Origin: an uncultured archaeon
GTDB taxonomy: Archaea; Asgardarchaeota; Lokiarchaeia; Sigyniarchaeales; SOKP01
Assembly (NCBI GenBank): GCA_964486045.1
Contig: CAZALK010000008.1
Coordinates: 128,001-192,000 of the forward strand
DNA length: 64,000 nt
Direction: 5' to 3'
In this document: in pieces, positions 11,153 to 20,451 of the stretch
How the letters are laid out: each line of letters starts with the position of its first letter
How positions within the stretch are numbered: position 1 is the stretch's first letter
Program-made: the position numbers and the translations under genes
The notes under the pieces: model-generated
Told to the model about the DNA's origin: nothing
What the model saw: the letters and a program-made list of their open reading frames with translations, nothing else
Database searches by the model: none

Positions 11153-11761
11153 ATGGGACGTGGTGGAGCAGTTTTAGGGATAATAGGAATAGTTTTAGCT
11201 GCTGGAGCTGGTGGGTTTGCATTTGTGGGGTGGAATGGCCAAAACATCGCTAATTCAGAGATTAATAATTTGACAAATGAGCTTAATAATTTGACGGACG
11301 AACTAAATAATTTGTCGAGGATTATTGTTGTAGGAACATGGAATACGCTTGAAGACAATCTAAATTTTGCACCTCATAATTCACAAAATGATTGGCTTTT
11401 AGAATTTGGAGAAAATAACGTGAGTAATATTGATTATTTTTCTACTACGAACAATACTCGTATTACACTATTAAAGCCTGGTTGGTATCGAATTCACCTC
11501 TCTGTGTTATTGATGAATATTAATCCTTCGAGTACTTATTGGATTAGGCTCTACGTTAATGGTACGATGACAAATTATATGGCTCGTCATGAGACATCAG
11601 CAGCTAGTCCAATTTTTCATCATATTGATGTATCTGCATTTGTATATTGTGATGCGTTAAATTATATCGAAATTAATGGATATTCTACTTTTGATAATTT
11701 TGATGTAGCAGCCTCTGACGATAAATTTAATCAACTAACGATTGAGTATCTAGATATTTAG
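11153..11761 (+). CDS. Membrane-anchored protein with short coiled stalk and C1q/TNF-like beta domain (paralog A)
   Basis: N-terminal TM segment, NNLTNEL heptads and TRITLLKPGWYRIHLS. Clear paralog of 12975-13532. The fold is an inference. Confidence 0.7.
   Translation: MGRGGAVLGIIGIVLAAGAGGFAFVGWNGQNIANSEINNLTNELNNLTDELNNLSRIIVVGTWNTLEDNLNFAPHNSQNDWLLEFGENNVSNIDYFSTTNNTRITLLKPGWYRIHLSVLLMNINPSSTYWIRLYVNGTMTNYMARHETSAASPIFHHIDVSAFVYCDALNYIEINGYSTFDNFDVAASDDKFNQLTIEYLDI
11261..11317 (+). repeat. ~21-bp intragenic tandem repeat, about 3 copies (encodes INNLTNE/LNNLTDE/LNNLS)
   Basis: attaataatttgacaaatgag / cttaataatttgacggacgaa / ctaaataatttgtcg. Confidence 0.8.
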
Positions 11762-11902
11762 TGGAAGATTTTTAATACTTAACTCTTTTTTTTTTCAATT
11801 CTTCATAAGCAGGGATTTCCATCTCAGAAAGTTTAAAAATTAAATAAATAATTTAATATCTAGTAAACGAAAATTAAGAAATTGAGTAAAATAGTTAGTT
11901 GA

Positions 11903-12784
11903 GTGAAAATGATCGCTAAACAGAAATTTGGTAACACCGGACATATGAGTACCAGAATTATTTTTGGAGCTGCGGCGCTCAGTAATGTTACACAAGCTGA
12001 AGCAGATCAAACATTTGAAGTACTTCTTAAGTTTGGAATAAATCATATCGACACTGCTGCGGGTTATGGGGAGTCAGAGTTACGAATCGGTCCTTGGATG
12101 GAAAAACATCGCAATAAATTCTTCCTTGCTACAAAAGTATTTAGGCGTTCCTATCAAGAAGCCCTTGATCAGATACATAGTTCACTTGAACGAATGCGTG
12201 TATCTTCAATCGACTTAATTCAATTTCATAATTTGACATCTCCTAATAGCTGGAAAAAAGTAATGGGTGAAGATGGAGCCTTAAAGGCCGCCGTTGAAGC
12301 CCGTGAACAAGGAGTGGTAAAAAACATTGGTGTAACAGGGCACGGATATACTGTAGCTGCCATGCATAAACAAAGCTTAGAGCATTTTGAATTTGATACG
12401 GTTCTATTACCATACAACTACATGATGGTACAAAATTCGGAGTATGCTGCAGATTTTGAAAGCCTTTTGAAACTATGTAAGGAACGAAATGTGGCAGTTC
12501 AGACAATAAAATCTCTCGCACGCCGTCCTTGGGGTGGGAGCAAAAGGATCCGAACCACGTGGTACGAACCTTTTGAGGATCAGGTTGATATAGACCGTGC
12601 AGTTCATTGGGTTTTAAAAAAAGAAGGAATTTTCCTCAATACAAGCGGTGATATTCATATTTTGCCCAAAATACTTGATGCTGCCAGTCGTTTCAATATC
12701 GGACCCCCCGAAGAGGAAATGCAGGAAAAAGCTACTCAGCTAGAGATGAAACCAATATTTGATGGAAGATCCTTAATTTTATAA
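11903..12784 (+). CDS. Aldo/keto reductase
   Basis: [32 protein letters not shown] and IGVTGH motifs. Confidence 0.92.
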   Translation: MKMIAKQKFGNTGHMSTRIIFGAAALSNVTQAEADQTFEVLLKFGINHIDTAAGYGESELRIGPWMEKHRNKFFLATKVFRRSYQEALDQIHSSLERMRVSSIDLIQFHNLTSPNSWKKVMGEDGALKAAVEAREQGVVKNIGVTGHGYTVAAMHKQSLEHFEFDTVLLPYNYMMVQNSEYAADFESLLKLCKERNVAVQTIKSLARRPWGGSKRIRTTWYEPFEDQVDIDRAVHWVLKKEGIFLNTSGDIHILPKILDAASRFNIGPPEEEMQEKATQLEMKPIFDGRSLIL

Positions 12785-12974
12785 TGAGTAATACTTTTTT
12801 TTAGCCCATTAAATGAGAGTTTTATTTACCTTCTAAGAGTTTTATACAGTTTAAAACAACTGGAAGAAGTAGACATTCATAAAATTAAATTTCTTAATAG
12901 CAATAAAATCATCAATTCTCTTGTAAGAAGAAAGAAAAAAAGAAAAAAAAGAGTTAAGGGTTAAAAATCTTATG

Positions 12975-13532
12975 CTAAATAGCTACAAACTCAATCGTTA
13001 GTTGATTAAACAAATCGTCAGCACGAACAAAAAAGTTATTATCTCCTAATAAAGACTCTCCGTTAATTTCTATATAATTTGTACCATTACTATATACAAA
13101 CGCAAATGAATCAACAGAATGGTATTGGGAATTCATTGCTAATGATGTCTCATAATAATCTAAAAAAAATTCGGTAATACCATCTTTTAATAATTTTATC
13201 GTATAAATACTAGCAGGATTGATATCCATCAATACCATAGAGAGGTGGATTCGATACCAACCAGGTTTTAATAAAGTAATACGAGTATTAGTGTTTGAAA
13301 CAGAGATAAAGTTAGGATTACTCAAGCTATTGTCTCCAAATTCTATAAGCCAATTATCTAGCGCATTATGAGGGGGATAACCTTGATTGTCCGCAAGCGA
13401 ATCCCATACTCCCACAACGATAGTCATATTATTAGTGGTATTTTGACCGTTCCACACTACAAATGTAAATCCTATTGCTCCAGCGGCTAAGATTATCCCT
13501 ATAACCCCTAAAACTGCTCCACCACGTCCCAT
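12975..13532 (-). CDS. Membrane-anchored C1q/TNF-like protein (paralog B, no heptad stalk)
   Basis: MGRGGAVLG.IG..LAAGA, NTRITLLKPGWYRIHLS and FNQLTIE are shared with 11153-11761. Confidence 0.7.
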   Translation of the reverse strand: MGRGGAVLGVIGIILAAGAIGFTFVVWNGQNTTNNMTIVVGVWDSLADNQGYPPHNALDNWLIEFGDNSLSNPNFISVSNTNTRITLLKPGWYRIHLSMVLMDINPASIYTIKLLKDGITEFFLDYYETSLAMNSQYHSVDSFAFVYSNGTNYIEINGESLLGDNNFFVRADDLFNQLTIEFVAI

Positions 13533-13840
13533 TATTTATCACTCATAATTTTTTTTTAATTTCATTTTTTAAATATTAGTTAAGAATTGGATTATATTTC
13601 TAAATATTTTAAAATTATACTAATAAATTAGAACTTTTTTAGAAAAAAGTTATGAAATAAAGCTAAATTCAGCTTCTATGACGAACAAACTTTAACGATT
13701 AAACAGAGCACATTTAATAAAGTTTAATATCATTACGAATCAAAACCTTATTTTTAACCTACATCAAAAATACTATTATCAAATTTAGGTCAAGTCATGA
13801 TTGTGAAACTATCGAGATCTTCAGCAATTTCATTCAAAGA

Positions 13841-14146
13841 TCACGAAAGATTTTGAAAAGAAATTAAATCCATCTGAATTGATCTATGGTTAATATTTGA
13901 GACTAGGTCTTCAAGATCAGGGAACTCAAAAGGGAAGATGTTTTCAAAAGCTCTTTTTAACAATTCAACGTACTTCTTCTTGTCATATTTGTGCTTTTTA
14001 TCATCAAATAAGTCTGAAAGGATAACCTTTTTTTCAGGAAAACTTGGATCCGCATCGGCATTAAGAATAATATATCTTACGTTTTTACCTGCTGATGCAA
14101 TAACACCAGAGCGTTCTAACTGTCTTGCGGCAACTGCCTGGTAACT
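13841..14146 (-). pseudogene. Start-less 3' fragment of a PolB2 polymerase gene (101 codons + TGA)
   Basis: Translates as SYQAVAARQLERSGVIASAGKNVRYIILNADADPSFPEKKV...QMDLISFQNLS*. By manual alignment 83 of 101 aa are identical to the C-terminus of 24904-27327. There is an in-frame TAA at 14165-14167 upstream and no start codon. Confidence 0.9.
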
Positions 14147-14711
14147 AGTTTTCCCTTCTCTAAGTTAATCTGAGTTTAGGTTTTGCGAAGAAAAACTTAT
14201 GTAATAAACCCTCGAATGCTTTCCTCTAAAATAATACTGTGCCTTTTATAAGAGGGAGAAATAGAAAAGAAGTGCAAGGAAAAAAAGCTAAAAACTTGGA
14301 ATTGCTTAAAGATAATTAAAATAAAATCACGAGATTATCTTGACTTTTTTCTTCAATATTCTGAGTAAAATAAGAGAGAAAAAAAAAATGCTCGGGAGTT
14401 TGTTCAGCTGCGGGTGGGATAACTATAATCATAACACCATTCGATAAATATTTTAATATGCGTTTATCAATTGCATGGATCTTAATAAACTCAAGAAATT
14501 ATCTTTGGCCAAAATAACCATCATTAAACAAAATGAGCTATTCAATGCAAATAGTAAAAGGTACAGAGCTTTTAGGGGAAAACTGTGACAATATTCTCAA
14601 ATGTATTAAAAAAATAGAAGAACCGTATTATAAGACAGAAACTCTATCAAGTTAAATTATTCCCTAATAGTTAAAAGATGATTTCAACACCCTCTATAAT
14701 ATCTAGATTTA

Positions 14712-16769
14712 CTATTTTATTGAAGCCATGAATTTCAAAATAGTATCCATAATAGGAAGAGAGTTACAAATTATTCCAATTCTTTTAGCCCGAAAATCAA
14801 AGGCTTTCCTTCCAATAGGTGCGAGGTATGGATAATTGGAGATAATTATTACTTCATCTCCAGCCAGTATTGCATTAAATTTAACATTTTTACTCAATTC
14901 AAGGAAATTACAATTTTCACATTCTTTTGTTATCATTTCTAATTTTCTTATCCCCTCTTCCCATTGAATTGAGCTTTTTATAAGTTCCGTCTTATTTAAT
15001 AATATAGAGAAAGAAGGGATCTCTTCTAGGTGTGATTGAAATATTGGACCAATTCTTTTCTGACTTAGCTTTTCAGTAATTAATTGGAATGGCGCTTGTA
15101 TCTCTCTCATAGCATCTATTAGTATATCTTCATGTTCATAATCATATAATAATGATATACATTCTATATTCACCAAAGTGTTAATTTTTTCTTTGATTTC
15201 ATATAGTAAACCATTTGTACTCTCTATATTCTCGTTTAATATAAAAAATTCAAGGTCCTCAATTTTTTTTTCAAAAAAATTGATAATATTAATTCTGTAA
15301 TCGGACAAATTATTACAATAGACTTGAGTGGATTTTGCTAAGTATTTGTTTAAAACTTTTTTTCTATCAAATGAATCAGGTAAAAAATCGATAACAAATT
15401 GCAAAAGGCTTAAAGGTGTCTTTCCGCCCTCTAAATAAATGTTTGGAGTAATTAAACCCTCCTCGTTGTAATTATAACCAAGGAATGATAAACAATTGTA
15501 AAAGACTTTGTTGTTATCAATGATTAAAAAATTTGCATCAATCATATTATCCGATATAGTAAAAAATACTCTATTTTTATCTTTTCTTTCTAGTCCAGAA
15601 GATACTCCCAGTCTAAACTCCTTGATCTTTTCACGCTGTTCGCTAGGTGAGATCTCTTCTACACCCCCCCAAATAAACGTAATAGGTACTTCATTTTGAC
15701 TAGATTCATATATAATACTCTGAAGAAATGATAAATTGTTTAAGTTTAAATTATCAGAACAGATAACAATAAAATCTTGTGCATTTTTAACGTGTTCAAT
15801 AATAAGATTTTTTACTTCTAAATTTTGATATTTAAATACTATTTTATTTACACTTTCAATTCGTTCTTTTAAAATTTTAAAATCTTTTTTTATTCTATCA
15901 AACCTATCCTCTAACAATATTTGAAGGCTCAAATTCTCTTCAAGATTATTAAAAGAGTTAATTTCTTCCTGTAAAAAGTTAAGGTTGAATAGAATTTGGG
16001 TTATAAATTTTTTATTTGACAAAATAATCGGTGTTTCAAGAGTTAAATCTTCTTCTATTTCTTCTGATTCCATAAGTTTTGATTCAAAAGCTTTCTGCCA
16101 ATATTTTTGGACGACTCTGGGGAATATATCAAAATCCAGATTAAATAAAATACCTTCTTCCTTTTTAATTGGAATATATAATTTATCTCGATGTAAGGGA
16201 TATAAGAAATTAATTTTTTCGACATTTTCTAAATCTCTAACTCTTGATTTAACACATTGAGTATATTTTAGTAAAGAATAACTATATATATGTTGAAATG
16301 TCTCTGAAGGTGAAGATTTTAAATCAATGAAATTCGTTTTATCAGGATTAGGTGTCTTTAAATAATCATTAACATCATTTTGAATAAAGAGTTCCCCCCC
16401 AATTTTTTCTTGAAGAATTATTACGGGATATTTATAGACAGTAGTATCAACATCCAAAAATTCATCTAGTTTATCTTTTTCAACATATTCAATAATCTTT
16501 TCGCTAAGTGTTACTAATCCACTATTTAAATCAATATGGATTAATCCTGAATATATTAATGGTGTTAATATATAATTCATAATATGTTTTCCAACATTAA
16601 AGGCTTTAACTATGTTTATTAGTGAATTATCTTTACTTATTAATTTTAAAACTAATTTCTCAAGATGAGAAAGCATCTTACTTTTACGAATCACAATTTC
16701 ACATTTTTCCATTTGAATTGGAACAGTAATAACATCATCTTTTTTAACCTCCAGATTTTCCTCAGACAT
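14712..16769 (-). CDS. MkoB-like protein: N-terminal wHTH-like region plus two degenerate PLD-fold domains
   Basis: PLD-fold patterns (VKNAQDFIVICS...ITFIWG...IDANFLIIDNNKVFY; EHEDILIDAM...KFNAILAGDEVIIISNY) lack the HxK residues. Start lies 1 nt after the helicase stop codon. Confidence 0.65.
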   Translation of the reverse strand: MSEENLEVKKDDVITVPIQMEKCEIVIRKSKMLSHLEKLVLKLISKDNSLINIVKAFNVGKHIMNYILTPLIYSGLIHIDLNSGLVTLSEKIIEYVEKDKLDEFLDVDTTVYKYPVIILQEKIGGELFIQNDVNDYLKTPNPDKTNFIDLKSSPSETFQHIYSYSLLKYTQCVKSRVRDLENVEKINFLYPLHRDKLYIPIKKEEGILFNLDFDIFPRVVQKYWQKAFESKLMESEEIEEDLTLETPIILSNKKFITQILFNLNFLQEEINSFNNLEENLSLQILLEDRFDRIKKDFKILKERIESVNKIVFKYQNLEVKNLIIEHVKNAQDFIVICSDNLNLNNLSFLQSIIYESSQNEVPITFIWGGVEEISPSEQREKIKEFRLGVSSGLERKDKNRVFFTISDNMIDANFLIIDNNKVFYNCLSFLGYNYNEEGLITPNIYLEGGKTPLSLLQFVIDFLPDSFDRKKVLNKYLAKSTQVYCNNLSDYRINIINFFEKKIEDLEFFILNENIESTNGLLYEIKEKINTLVNIECISLLYDYEHEDILIDAMREIQAPFQLITEKLSQKRIGPIFQSHLEEIPSFSILLNKTELIKSSIQWEEGIRKLEMITKECENCNFLELSKNVKFNAILAGDEVIIISNYPYLAPIGRKAFDFRAKRIGIICNSLPIMDTILKFMASIK

Positions 16770-16770
16770 T

Positions 16771-19700
16771 TTAATATGGAACCTCGTCGTGTGAGATTAT
16801 TTTTCCTTCTTTTTGAAAAAAGACTGCCACCTTACTAAATTTTTCCATAATTGGATTTCTACGATGATTTAAACACATTTTTAAATCACCTACAATTATT
16901 TCTACTTTTCTCGCTCTTGAGAGCATTACATTTAGTCTTTGAGGATCAGGAATAAAACCCCAAGCTGATCTGATTCCTTCTTTATTGTTACTTCGAACAA
17001 GTGATATAATCACTAAATCTGCCTCTTGACCCTGAAAACTATCAACAGTATAACAAGAATTTTTAATATTTATCCCCCCCAAGTTTGGAAGGTTGTTTGG
17101 TAAGTGAGTCTTTAAAACATTTACTTGCTCATTATAAGGGCTTAAAATAGCCAAGGAGAATTGGATATACTTCTTATTAACTCTAATTTTTTTTAATATT
17201 CTATTAATTAATTTAACTTCAGAAATGTTGTAAAAATCTGTACCAGCCCGTTTTTCTCCATAGATTCTTTCATTTTTTGTATTGATCCAAATTAATTGTT
17301 CATTTGACATCATAGTTGGTTCTAAAATTAAATCATCTATTTCATGAATTTCTTGTCTAAAAGCTCTGTCATAGAAAATTGTTGAAATCATTTTACTAAT
17401 TTTTGAAGGAAGTCTATGTTGGCCTATGAGTGTATTACAAGATCTCCTTTCATCAGCAGAATCATATGAAGGGCTTATTTTTTTAAATCGTTCGAACATA
17501 GATTGGAAGATTTTTACTTCTCTAATTGTTAACTTTCTAAATTCTAAGAAATCTCTTTCATTAAAGGTTATTTCTTCTTTAGATTCCTCTTCTATTTCAT
17601 CTAATTCTTCATTGATTAGTTCAATAATATCATTTAGTTTAAATGGAGGGAGTTGGTTTTGATCTCCAATTAGGACCCACTTATTCCCTAGCTGCAAAGG
17701 TCGGAATAATTCAGAAGGATATGTTTTAGCAGCCTCCTCGATTATTACTAAATCAAAATTAGGTCTTGATTCCAGTTTACTCAAATCATTAGACGTACTA
17801 GTACAGAAAACTAAGTTTGAACTCTCTCTAATACTATCTGTCCATTCACGACTTGGTGCTTTACCTTCGTATTTTATTATGTTTTCAATTTCGGCTAAAA
17901 TGTCATCATATTTTTTAAGATTAGGATTCCATTTTTCAATATTCTCTAACATTTTAATAGCCATTTGTTTAGGAAAATGCTTAAAGGCTATTGATCCTGG
18001 CGGATAATTACGTTCTCTAAATGGATTAATTAGTCGAACAATTTTAGGTTTTGGATTAATGTTTAATTCCTTGCACATGTCATAAGTCTTCTCTAGAAGG
18101 TCATCTAAAGCCGCATGCTCTTTACTTGAGACTAGAATCCTTTTATAAGGGTCTCTTTCAAGAGTTAATCTAATTAATTCCTTTGCAGACCATGTTTTTC
18201 CCGTTCCTGGAGGTCCTTGAAGAAGGAATATTGGAAAAGTGTAGAAAATAAAATTTACGATATCACTCTTATTGTCTTTCAAAAAATATTGATGTATCGC
18301 AGCTGGATTTAAAATCGCATCAATTAAATAATCTTTATCTTCTAAATTTTGAATAGTCATAAATTTCCTTTTTAATAGATGCAATGTTGGTTTTAAATCC
18401 CAAAAACGCAAATAACCATTTAAAGAAGGACTATCATTTTTTCTAACTTCTTCCCATTTTACAACAATATTGAAATCATCAGGTTCATCAATAATTTCAA
18501 TAAATTTCCATTTTCTTCGTTCTTTAAACCTTTGTTTTAAATCTGGTGAATCTGTTAGTTCTACAGTTTGAGTTTGAGAATTTCTTAAGACTTGTATGAA
18601 CCGGGTCCTTTCAGCTTTGTTAAAAATGTTTATACTAATTTGTCGTTTACTTTTTTTTGGACTCTCTTTATCGAATGAATCGTTTATAAGTTCATATTCG
18701 AATATGTATCTTTTTTCAATATTTTGCTCTACTTTAGTAATAAGTTTTAATGCTTCTAACCATCTTTTCTTATCTAGTTCATAATCTGATGGTTCTTCAT
18801 CAATAGTTCTTATTTGTGTTAAAGCATTTGCAAATATCCGATCCCAAGTAGAATATGATTTTTCTTTAAGATCTTGCCAATATAACTCATTTACTTTACA
18901 GACACAAATATCATTTTTCAATCCAAAACTTCTCTCTTCATTTTTATTTAATAAACTTACTATTGCAATTTTTCTATTATTACGACCCCTCTGAAATTTA
19001 TACTTTCCATTTTTACCAATTGCCCATAAGGGCCAATCTCTATTATTCGTTAAATAAAAAGATAATTCTGAAAATTCATTTTTTAAAAAAGCATCTGGAT
19101 ATTCTCGAATACCTTGAATATTTACATCAACCTTCCGAGCAATCCAGTTGAGAAAATGACTATCTCGGTCTATATTGAAGTATATTGGTAATTTAGGTGT
19201 TGTAATTGTGAGATATTTAAGTTCGTTCACAAAATCTCTAATCTTTTCTACAAATTCATCAATGCTTTCAAATCTGTCTTCGTGATTCAATTCGGTTGCT
19301 TTTAAAATTATTTCTTTTTCTTGTTGTAATCCCTCTTGAAAATGTATATTATCACGGATTTCATTGTATAATCTAGCTCTATCTGAAAACTCAGTGTCTT
19401 CATATTCAATCATATCTAAATCAAAAATTAGAAAAGCCATTACTAATCCTAAAGAAAAAATGTCTGATTTAAAAGTCTCCATCTCTAAGCACTCAGGTGC
19501 TCTAAAAAAATGCAAGTTATTTTGAATAATATTTTTTGTAATCTCATCAGAGATTAGATTAGATATTGAATATAAATAAATACTCCAGTTAAAATCACCT
19601 AATCTAAAGATATGATCTTCACCTTCTCGATAAGCTTCCCTGTTAAAATAAACCGTATCAAGAGAGATGTTTCTATGTAGGAGTCCTGCGTTATGAATCG

Positions 19701-20160
19701 CAAGTAATCCCTCTGATAATTTTAAAATTCCTTCCCAAATTTTTTTTTTTGAAAGATTTGAATTCTTTAATTGATCAAATAGTTCGATATCTTCATTCTC
19801 CTTTTTAGATAAGAGAATCTCCCTTAAACTTGAACCTCCTGCCTCAGTTATTAAAATAAAACAATTCTCCTCCTTATCGTACTCACCATCAATTAATTTT
19901 AGTAATGTATTTCCTCTAGAAATATTAATTGCTCTTTGATTTAAAGAAATTTCATAATGCCATAGATATTGAGCTAACTCTTGAATACGAGGGTCCTCTT
20001 TAACGTTAATTTTTTTTAATATAACTCTCTGTTGTAGACCACGATCTTCGGCGATATATTGATTTATTTCAATCTTATCACTAAAAGGGATCGCAATATT
20101 GCCTGTAATTTCTTCAATAATTCTATATCTTGTTTTCCATGAATCATAAATTGAGGTCAT
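16771..20160 (-). CDS. MkoA-like Ser/Thr kinase-like domain fused to a UPF1/DNA2-type SF1 helicase
   Basis: Kinase motifs: VILKK, LLHRNIS, LGDFN, FRAPE, SDIFSLG. Helicase motifs: QGPPGTGKT, IIEEAAK, LIGDQNQLPP, QHRLP, SPYNEQ, TVDSFQGQE, RLNVMLSRAR. Confidence 0.88.
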   Translation of the reverse strand: MTSIYDSWKTRYRIIEEITGNIAIPFSDKIEINQYIAEDRGLQQRVILKKINVKEDPRIQELAQYLWHYEISLNQRAINISRGNTLLKLIDGEYDKEENCFILITEAGGSSLREILLSKKENEDIELFDQLKNSNLSKKKIWEGILKLSEGLLAIHNAGLLHRNISLDTVYFNREAYREGEDHIFRLGDFNWSIYLYSISNLISDEITKNIIQNNLHFFRAPECLEMETFKSDIFSLGLVMAFLIFDLDMIEYEDTEFSDRARLYNEIRDNIHFQEGLQQEKEIILKATELNHEDRFESIDEFVEKIRDFVNELKYLTITTPKLPIYFNIDRDSHFLNWIARKVDVNIQGIREYPDAFLKNEFSELSFYLTNNRDWPLWAIGKNGKYKFQRGRNNRKIAIVSLLNKNEERSFGLKNDICVCKVNELYWQDLKEKSYSTWDRIFANALTQIRTIDEEPSDYELDKKRWLEALKLITKVEQNIEKRYIFEYELINDSFDKESPKKSKRQISINIFNKAERTRFIQVLRNSQTQTVELTDSPDLKQRFKERRKWKFIEIIDEPDDFNIVVKWEEVRKNDSPSLNGYLRFWDLKPTLHLLKRKFMTIQNLEDKDYLIDAILNPAAIHQYFLKDNKSDIVNFIFYTFPIFLLQGPPGTGKTWSAKELIRLTLERDPYKRILVSSKEHAALDDLLEKTYDMCKELNINPKPKIVRLINPFRERNYPPGSIAFKHFPKQMAIKMLENIEKWNPNLKKYDDILAEIENIIKYEGKAPSREWTDSIRESSNLVFCTSTSNDLSKLESRPNFDLVIIEEAAKTYPSELFRPLQLGNKWVLIGDQNQLPPFKLNDIIELINEELDEIEEESKEEITFNERDFLEFRKLTIREVKIFQSMFERFKKISPSYDSADERRSCNTLIGQHRLPSKISKMISTIFYDRAFRQEIHEIDDLILEPTMMSNEQLIWINTKNERIYGEKRAGTDFYNISEVKLINRILKKIRVNKKYIQFSLAILSPYNEQVNVLKTHLPNNLPNLGGINIKNSCYTVDSFQGQEADLVIISLVRSNNKEGIRSAWGFIPDPQRLNVMLSRARKVEIIVGDLKMCLNHRRNPIMEKFSKVAVFFQKEGKIISHDEVPY

Positions 20161-20451
20161 AATTATCCTTTTTTTGTCTCTAATAAGTATTAATATTTGT
20201 TTTGTATTTCAGCTGTATTTTATTCGTTTTTCGACTTTAAAAACCTTAGCTTAATTTTTGGTATTTGGTGTTGGTAATATATGAAATGTTGGGTTTTAGA
20301 TCTCTAAGCACAAAACCATAGCCATTCAAGCCTACGGCGCCTTCCTTAAAGTTATCCTTTCCTCCCGCCGCGTCTGTTGCGAGTTTAATAATTTGCTCGA
20401 TTCTCATCTCTTAAAGATAAACAAAGTAACCCATCAATTTAAATTTATGGA

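Noticed and set aside
11153-11240. MGRG-hydrophobic N-terminus as a class III (pilin) signal peptide
   Set aside because: The residues after RG (GAVL) fit the prepilin consensus poorly and no pilus genes are nearby. A simple membrane anchor is more likely.
13938-14144. Similar plus-strand ORFs at 13938-14144 and 24962-25216
   Set aside because: They are antisense shadows of the polB2 3' end and its duplicate, not genes.
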